Shown here: one piece after another, positions 58,901 to 64,000 of the stretch | Numbering within the stretch: the first letter of the stretch is position 1 | Layout: each line of letters begins with the position of its first letter | From: a virus | Reading direction: 5' to 3' (one strand) | Length of the DNA stretch: 64,000 bases | Virus record (IMG/VR): IMGVR_UViG_3300005274_000001 | Location: 1-64,000 of that record | Position numbers and translations under genes: made by a program | Notes under the pieces: model-generated | The model's database searches: none | The model's input: the letters and a program-made list of their open reading frames with translations, nothing else | Told to the model about the DNA's origin: nothing

Positions 58901-60664
58901 TTACATTGGTACTCCAGAGAAGAATTGCTTAAAGAAGAAAATTTTGTCTTCGTGAGTTAGAAAGTATTTTTCCCAATCATAATCTTGATCTTCAGAAATT
59001 GCTATGACTTCCTTAAGTTCAGCATTTAGCTTATTGTCTACTATTGGATTTTCTTTATCCACCACAAAAACAAAGGCGAAAGCAATAGGAGTCCTTGGAT
59101 GATTTGAATTTATTGTGTAATCATACTTATATTCATTAGTTGTAGCATCATAAAATTCAACAGACAAGAATGCAATGTATACAATAAAGCAATCCTTTTC
59201 AATCAGTTTCCAAGAAAATGGAAGTAAATAACCAGCATCTGATTTTCCAGTAATTTCTAATTTTGTATTGGTAGTACAGTATAAAATATCGTCAATAAGC
59301 TGCTTTTCATACATTTCTTGACATACTTTAGAAATCAAATTTTGATCTGTACTAAAGTATGTTTGGTAATATTTAGCTCCGTTATTACCAATAAATTCTT
59401 CCAATTGTGCGAAGTTTACATTGAGTCTTGTAGAAGGGTCATAAATTTTTCCTGAGAAAGAACTTTGTCCAAAAAAATCAATAAATTGTATGTTTTGCAT
59501 ATTTGGTACATCGAAAACTAATAAACACCCGTCATCGCAGTTCACTACATCCAAACTATTAGAATTGAAATTTGGTACCAAAAAAGCTGATCCCGTTGAA
59601 AGAACAAATAATTTATTATCAAAAAAGGTTGCACTCCTAATTCTCGAAGACCATTCCAGGACATTGTAACCCCAATCTGTACTAAGAGAAATTGTTAGTA
59701 AATCTTGATAATTTCCGTTAATAAATGTTTTGCTGCACGATATATTAAGATTTTCGTCAAAATAACAAACTTTGTACATATTAATATAATTACAACTACT
59801 TTCACGAACAGCTAGTAAAAAATGGTTTGGTTTATTTTCAATTTTAACGACATGGGAATGATAAACCCACGGATTATTATAGTTAAGATCTGCTGTTCCT
59901 TCGTATAAACAATTAAAAAACTCTGGATGTTGAGTGTAATCCAGAAAGTTAATAAATTGTTGTTTTCTTAAAAAGAAATTGTTGTTTTGATCTATCTCAT
60001 AAATAGTAACAAGAACCCCTTTGTTTAAATTTTGATCAGCCGAGTAATCCCATTCAGTAAGGCTAATTAGATATTTGTCATCTATTAAAGAAAACATTCT
60101 TTGATCATCTATGTATCTACTCCAAAAATTTATAGCTCTATGAACACAAAGATCTTCAGAAAGTCCAAGGTACAAAGCAGGTTCATCTATATCTAAAACA
60201 ATAGTAAACCTGTCATTTTCAAATTTAAATACAACTGTACGAACCGTTTCAGAATATAGCGTAGATGTATCTTGCTTATACCTTCCCTCAAGAAAAACTT
60301 TTACTGCTAAAAATAAGGTGTTATTAACTATGAAGGGGTAAAAAATAGTATCTACCCAACTATTGAGTTGTACTCCACTTTTTCCGACCAAAAAGCTGCA
60401 AACACTTTCATTAAACAAATTTGTATAGTCTACTATTAAATTTCCAGAATTATAACTTGGAGCAAAGGGCGTGTCGTCATAGATTAGTTGTCCTGTTTCT
60501 CCATCTTGAATTTGCACTCCAAAATTTCTTATATCTGTAAAATAGTAGTTATAAAAATCTAAGTATTTTAAAGAATTGTTATCAGTAGATAGAACAAACG
60601 TTGTTTCACTAATACTAAGATTCGAAGATCTTTCAGTTTTATTTGGGGTACAGTCTGGTATCAT
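58901..60664 (-). CDS. ~600-aa paralog family member 1 (most diverged)
   Basis: Same size, composition, Cys5, KVCQEM...YC pair, and C-terminal GVPM. Confidence 0.7.
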   Translation of the reverse strand: MIPDCTPNKTERSSNLSISETTFVLSTDNNSLKYLDFYNYYFTDIRNFGVQIQDGETGQLIYDDTPFAPSYNSGNLIVDYTNLFNESVCSFLVGKSGVQLNSWVDTIFYPFIVNNTLFLAVKVFLEGRYKQDTSTLYSETVRTVVFKFENDRFTIVLDIDEPALYLGLSEDLCVHRAINFWSRYIDDQRMFSLIDDKYLISLTEWDYSADQNLNKGVLVTIYEIDQNNNFFLRKQQFINFLDYTQHPEFFNCLYEGTADLNYNNPWVYHSHVVKIENKPNHFLLAVRESSCNYINMYKVCYFDENLNISCSKTFINGNYQDLLTISLSTDWGYNVLEWSSRIRSATFFDNKLFVLSTGSAFLVPNFNSNSLDVVNCDDGCLLVFDVPNMQNIQFIDFFGQSSFSGKIYDPSTRLNVNFAQLEEFIGNNGAKYYQTYFSTDQNLISKVCQEMYEKQLIDDILYCTTNTKLEITGKSDAGYLLPFSWKLIEKDCFIVYIAFLSVEFYDATTNEYKYDYTINSNHPRTPIAFAFVFVVDKENPIVDNKLNAELKEVIAISEDQDYDWEKYFLTHEDKIFFFKQFFSGVPM

Positions 60665-61000
60665 GATAATTTATTATAAAAATTTTGTATTAACAATTAG
60701 TCATATACAGCCAAATTTGCCACAAATTTGATCTTCAACTAGAAAGCGTTTACTTCTATTTCGCTTTCACTCTATACACACGCTTATTTTGGAAGGAAAA
60801 TCATTTATTTGTATTTCGATCCTATTCCATATATAAACTTATTCCTATTTCGCACTTTATCCAAAACAAAAGCTATTCCAATATTTCCTAGCACAACACA
60901 ATGTATTTAGATGGCGTTTATCTATTTTTGCGTGAAGCTAGAAGTAAGAATGGCTCCAAACACAAAAAATAAAAATAACTCTACACACTAAAAGTACTTC

Positions 61001-61093
61001 AAAAAAGAAAAGGGGGGGGCAAGTAAGCCCCCCTTTACGCCCGCCTACTCCTAAGTCAACAAAAAAAATAAGGCCCCCTTTACGGGGGCCTTA
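61001..61093 (-). terminator. Tandem intrinsic terminators closing the early region
   Basis: ggggggc/gcccccc and aggcccc/ggggcct stems, each with a minus-strand U run. Confidence 0.85.
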
Positions 61094-61100
61094 CCTTATC

Positions 61101-61427
61101 CTACTCAAGCTTTAACTTGAGTAGGATTAACTGATGGACATACCACTTTCCACCCTCCTTTTTTCTCAGGGCAAGCGTATTACCACCCCTATCCTTGATT
61201 CTTATCACTTCGGCCTTTTCGTCAAACTCGAAGTAGACCTCGCCTACCCTCACTACTTCGTGTTCAAAGTCAAGGATAATGGGGCCGGTGAGGTTAAGGG
61301 ACTTGAGGAGAGAAAGAATCTCCGAGTCAGAGTAGGAAGTAGGCTCGTAGACAGCCCTGAGCTTGGGAGTCTGAGCTTCAGTCTTTGCGCCGAAAATCTT
61401 GGAGAACAGAGTGAAGATAAACTTCAT
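61101..61427 (-). CDS. Small early protein (108 aa)
   Basis: GGAGGTG SD then ATG 61427; own promoter and terminator. Confidence 0.85.
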   Translation of the reverse strand: MKFIFTLFSKIFGAKTEAQTPKLRAVYEPTSYSDSEILSLLKSLNLTGPIILDFEHEVVRVGEVYFEFDEKAEVIRIKDRGGNTLALRKKEGGKWYVHQLILLKLKLE

Positions 61428-61446
61428 CTTACTCACCTCCACCCTT

Positions 61447-61475
61447 ATAGTACTTTATTTTACTCCATTTGTCAA
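61447..61475 (-). promoter_or_regulatory. Early sigmaA promoter
   Basis: TTGACA-17 nt-TACTAT. Confidence 0.9.
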
Positions 61476-61496
61476 CCCCCCCTACTTTGCGCCTAG

Positions 61497-61627
61497 CATG
61501 CGTGTATGCAGCGTGTAAAAGTCGTTTGTGCTTAAGTGCGAGTGCATTAGGAAAACATACACGCTGAAACGCTAATACACAAAATGTAACTTTTCTTTAC
61601 CCCCCCTTGGCGTTTACTTGTTTTGTA
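61497..61627. repeat. ~130-bp intergenic repeat, copy 1
   Basis: catgcgtgtat...ttaggaaaa.atacacgctgaaacgctaa...tt.gcgttta shared with 62624-62754. Confidence 0.8.
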
Positions 61628-61628
61628 G

Positions 61629-61665
61629 AAAAAAAGATTAAAGGGGGGCTCACTTGGCCCCCCCT
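61629..61665 (-). terminator. Intrinsic terminator
   Basis: aggggggct/ggcccccct stem. Confidence 0.8.
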
Positions 61666-61678
61666 AACCTATGCCCCT

Positions 61679-61912
61679 CTAATCCTCAACTTCCTCACCT
61701 TTAGGATAAAGCCTAAAGGCGTACTCCATCATGTATGGGATGAAGGGGCATTCCCAAACTTCAGCATAATCCCCGTCATCAAGCTTGACGAAGAGGCTAC
61801 AAGGACGAGGAGAGATCTCCTTAGCGCCAATGTGGTCCAAGATAGCCTCGATCTCCTGGGAGTCCTGAACCAAGATGTAGTCATCCCCAAAGTCCTTGAT
61901 GAGCTTCTTCAT
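61679..61912 (-). CDS. Small early protein (77 aa), paralog of 62342..62548
   Basis: SD GGAGGTG; IGA...EVWE.PF.P...EYA.RL shared. Confidence 0.85.
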   Translation of the reverse strand: MKKLIKDFGDDYILVQDSQEIEAILDHIGAKEISPRPCSLFVKLDDGDYAEVWECPFIPYMMEYAFRLYPKGEEVED

Positions 61913-61931
61913 GCTCATCACCTCCACCCTC

Positions 61932-61960
61932 ATCATACCCTATTTGTGCCTATTTGTCAA
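61932..61960 (-). promoter_or_regulatory. Early sigmaA promoter
   Basis: TTGACA-17 nt-TATGAT. Confidence 0.9.
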
Positions 61961-62341
61961 GCCCTATTTGCCGTTAGCGTTCGCTTAGCGTTGAGGCAAG
62001 TGGGAAGTAGGCGTTGAGGAGAATGGCCTAAGTTATAAACGCATAAACGCTAAACGCAAAATCACAGACTTTTGTTTATCGAGGATATGATATGATTGTG
62101 TTTATTTAGTTTTTATTTAATAGGCCCAAACAAAAATCTAATATAAACACCATACAAAAAACGCTTAAAGCTGTAAACTTTTTTATTTGGGACAAAATAA
62201 AGTTGCTTCAACTTATGTGCTATAACACTAGCTATATGTGGATAGCGTTTAGCTCTTTTTTGTATGGGGCTTGTGGTAAGAATATTTTCAAAGAGTAATA
62301 GGGGGGCCTCACTTGGCCCCCCCCCACATTCCCTTTCTCCC

Positions 62342-62548
62342 CTACTTTAGCCTATAGGCATATTCCGTTGCGGGGAGGAAGGGTATTTCCCAAACCTCAA
62401 TGTATTTTGCACCCTCTTTCTTGACGATAAGGGCTTCTACATGGCGATCCTCAGCGCCAATAGTCTTAAGAATGCTCTCTATGACTAACGGATTAAGAAC
62501 GAGAACATAACCCACTTCACCCCAAAACTCCCCAATTGGCTTCCTCAC
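62342..62548 (-). CDS. Small early protein (68 aa), paralog of 61679..61912
   Basis: SD GGAGGTG then GTG 62548; terminator hairpin at 62300-62324. Confidence 0.8.
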   Translation of the reverse strand: MRKPIGEFWGEVGYVLVLNPLVIESILKTIGAEDRHVEALIVKKEGAKYIEVWEIPFLPATEYAYRLK

Positions 62549-62567
62549 TTCACTCACCTCCACCCCC

Positions 62568-62596
62568 ATAATACCCTATTTAATCCTTTTTGTCAA
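62568..62596 (-). promoter_or_regulatory. Early sigmaA promoter
   Basis: TTGACA-17 nt-TATTAT. Confidence 0.9.
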
Positions 62597-62623
62597 GCCA
62601 CCACATTTAGCCCCCATGCGTAA

Positions 62624-62754
62624 CATGCGTGTATTCGGCATGTGGGGGGCTTGTAGACTTGAGTGAGGGTGTGTTAGGAAAATATACACGCTGAAACGCT
62701 AACGCACAAATGTAGCTTTTTTATTTTTCCCCTTAGCGTTTAATTATTTTTGTA
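62624..62754. repeat. ~130-bp intergenic repeat, copy 2
   Basis: Diverged copy of 61497-61627. Confidence 0.8.
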
Positions 62755-62782
62755 TGCCCCCCTTCAATGGGGGGCGTGCAAG

Positions 62783-62932
62783 CTAACCTTCTATGATCTC
62801 TCCTCCAATGGTGAATACTATTTTCCCGCCCCTTTTATCCCTAGCTTCTAAGGCGAATCCCGACAACCTTATTTCTTCAGCGTACCTGATGAAGTGTAGA
62901 AGATTTTCAATGAACCTGATGACTTTGCTCAT
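62783..62932 (-). CDS. 49-aa early protein (not in ORF track)
   Basis: MSKVIRFIENLLHFIRYAEEIRLSGFALEARDKRGGKIVFTIGGEIIEG; GGGAGGTG SD; promoter upstream and hairpin at 62756-62775. Confidence 0.85.
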   Translation of the reverse strand: MSKVIRFIENLLHFIRYAEEIRLSGFALEARDKRGGKIVFTIGGEIIEG

Positions 62933-62950
62933 GGTTCACCTCCCAACACT

Positions 62951-62979
62951 AAGATACCTCTTTTAGTCTATTTTGTCAA
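62951..62979 (-). promoter_or_regulatory. Early sigmaA promoter
   Basis: TTGACA-17 nt-TATCTT. Confidence 0.85.
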
Positions 62980-63033
62980 GGGGGGGTAAAAAGAAAAACC
63001 TCCCCTTTACGGGGAGGTTAAGGTTAAGGGGGC

Positions 63034-63264
63034 TTACTTAAACTCCTTTACATAAGGAGCCTCAAGCCCCCTTTGCCTGATTAACAAGGCCTTATCAGGG
63101 AAAATGGCAAGGCTATGATGAACAAACTCTAACTTGCCTAGAGTTTCGGAGAAGTCCAAAAGAAGGACTTCACCAAAGTTTTCATCCTCCAAGATTTTTG
63201 CCGAGATTCCGAGGTTGAGGGACTCAAGGAACTCTTTCAACGCTTCTTTCTCTTGCCTAGTCAT
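63034..63264 (-). CDS. Small early protein (76 aa)
   Basis: SD GGAGGTG; terminator at about 62987-63017. Confidence 0.85.
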   Translation of the reverse strand: MTRQEKEALKEFLESLNLGISAKILEDENFGEVLLLDFSETLGKLEFVHHSLAIFPDKALLIRQRGLEAPYVKEFK

Positions 63265-63270
63265 TGTTCA

Positions 63271-63372
63271 TCACCTCCACCCCCATCTTAGCACCAGAAA
63301 ATAAGTGTGTCAAGAGGCATTAGCGTTTACTTAGCGTCTTAAAAAAGAAAAAAACCTCCCCGAAAGGGGAGG
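63271..63372 (-). repeat. ~100-bp terminator-motif-promoter-SD cassette, copy A
   Basis: Near-identical to 63665-63765; contains TTGACA(63308-63313)-17 nt-TAAGAT. Confidence 0.9.
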
Positions 63373-63383
63373 TTACACTTCCT

Positions 63384-63659
63384 CTACCATTTCCACTTAA
63401 GACCAACGTATTTCACGTTATCCCCGTAATGCCACGTACTAACTACGTAATGCCACATACTAACTACTTTACCCTTGTCGGTAACTACCACATTTACTCC
63501 ACCAGCCGGATTGTTGAGGTTAAAGTAGATGTCGTATGTTAGACCATCCTCATCTTTAGCGATGATGTGTAAGAGATCATCGCCGTCCACATAGACTTTC
63601 TTCACTTTCTTCCTGACCAAAGACCCGTTTAGCAAGTCGTTTAGTACCTTTCCTACCAT
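63384..63659 (-). CDS. Small early protein (91 aa)
   Basis: SD GGAGGTG/AAGGAG then ATG 63659; ORF-track start 63707 lies in the -35 box. Confidence 0.85.
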   Translation of the reverse strand: MVGKVLNDLLNGSLVRKKVKKVYVDGDDLLHIIAKDEDGLTYDIYFNLNNPAGGVNVVVTDKGKVVSMWHYVVSTWHYGDNVKYVGLKWKW

Positions 63660-63664
63660 CTCCT

Positions 63665-63765
63665 TCACCTCCACCTTTATCATAGCACCAGAAGATAAGT
63701 GTGTCAAGGGGCATTAGCGTTTACTTAGCGTCTTAAAAAAGAAAAAACCTCCCCTTTCGGGGAGG
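63665..63765 (-). repeat. ~100-bp terminator-motif-promoter-SD cassette, copy B
   Basis: TTGACA(63702-63707)-17 nt-TATGAT. Confidence 0.9.
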
Positions 63766-63779
63766 CATACTTGCATGGA

Positions 63780-64000
63780 TTACTCTATGAGGATCTTGCG
63801 AATCTTCCCCCCTTTTTCCTCAACCCTCACCTTGCCATACTTGGTATCCTCGTATCCGACAACCCTCCATGTAGTATTCTTGCGGCAATCTTCACAATGC
63901 TTGGGTGGCCTCGTCTTTGCCTCAGCAATAAACTCCTTGCCACACTTAGCGCAGGTGAGGATGATCTTTTTGGCGCTTGGAGCCTTCCTAGCCTCTTTTT
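63780..64000 (-). CDS. 3' part of a basic zinc-ribbon early protein (not in ORF track)
   Basis: ...KIILTCAKCGKEFIAEAKTRPPKHCEDCRK...RKILIE*, followed by terminator. Confidence 0.8.
   Translation of the reverse strand, partial: KEARKAPSAKKIILTCAKCGKEFIAEAKTRPPKHCEDCRKNTTWRVVGYEDTKYGKVRVEEKGGKIRKILIE

Noticed and set aside
52756-60664. Diversity-generating retroelement or invertible switch for the paralog array
   Set aside because: No reverse transcriptase, template/variable repeat pair or inverted gene copies seen in the window.
61001-64000. CRISPR array
   Set aside because: Repeats are promoter/terminator cassettes separated by genes, not constant repeats with short spacers.

Overview
A 64-kb segment of a large, AT-rich lytic myovirus. 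Gene content and order, the leaderless promoters and the tRNA-Thr resemble Thermus phages of the phiYS40/TMA type; this assignment is from recognition, not from a search. Left to right: (1) replication and nucleotide metabolism (family A DNA polymerase, dCMP deaminase, RuvC-like resolvase, split class II ribonucleotide reductase, GroES-like and thioredoxin-like proteins) plus a small holin-like membrane cassette; (2) baseplate-like genes and a lysozyme-like gene; (3) a phage copy of the YeaH(vWA)/SpoVR/PrkA(AAA+) module; (4) an IS607-family element with intact rearranged-RuvC TnpB but a decapitated TnpA; (5) dNMP kinase and tRNA-Thr(UGU); (6) a minus-strand morphogenesis block (terminase, tube-like pair, sheath, major capsid, protease/scaffold) followed by three ~1500-1770 aa proteins sharing an N-terminal module (one zincin, one acidic and split by a frameshift, one SNF2-like helicase); (7) four diverged ~600-aa paralogs, with a protein-free IS200/IS605 mini-element (LE + omegaRNA/RE) inserted among them behind a strong sigmaA-type promoter; (8) the start of a more GC-rich early region built from repeated promoter-SD-small ORF-terminator cassettes with repeated upstream motifs. 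Several ORF-track starts lie inside promoters and are corrected here. The best candidates for undescribed biology are the two RNA-guided (TnpB/omegaRNA) remnants and the set of giant, probably head-packaged proteins.
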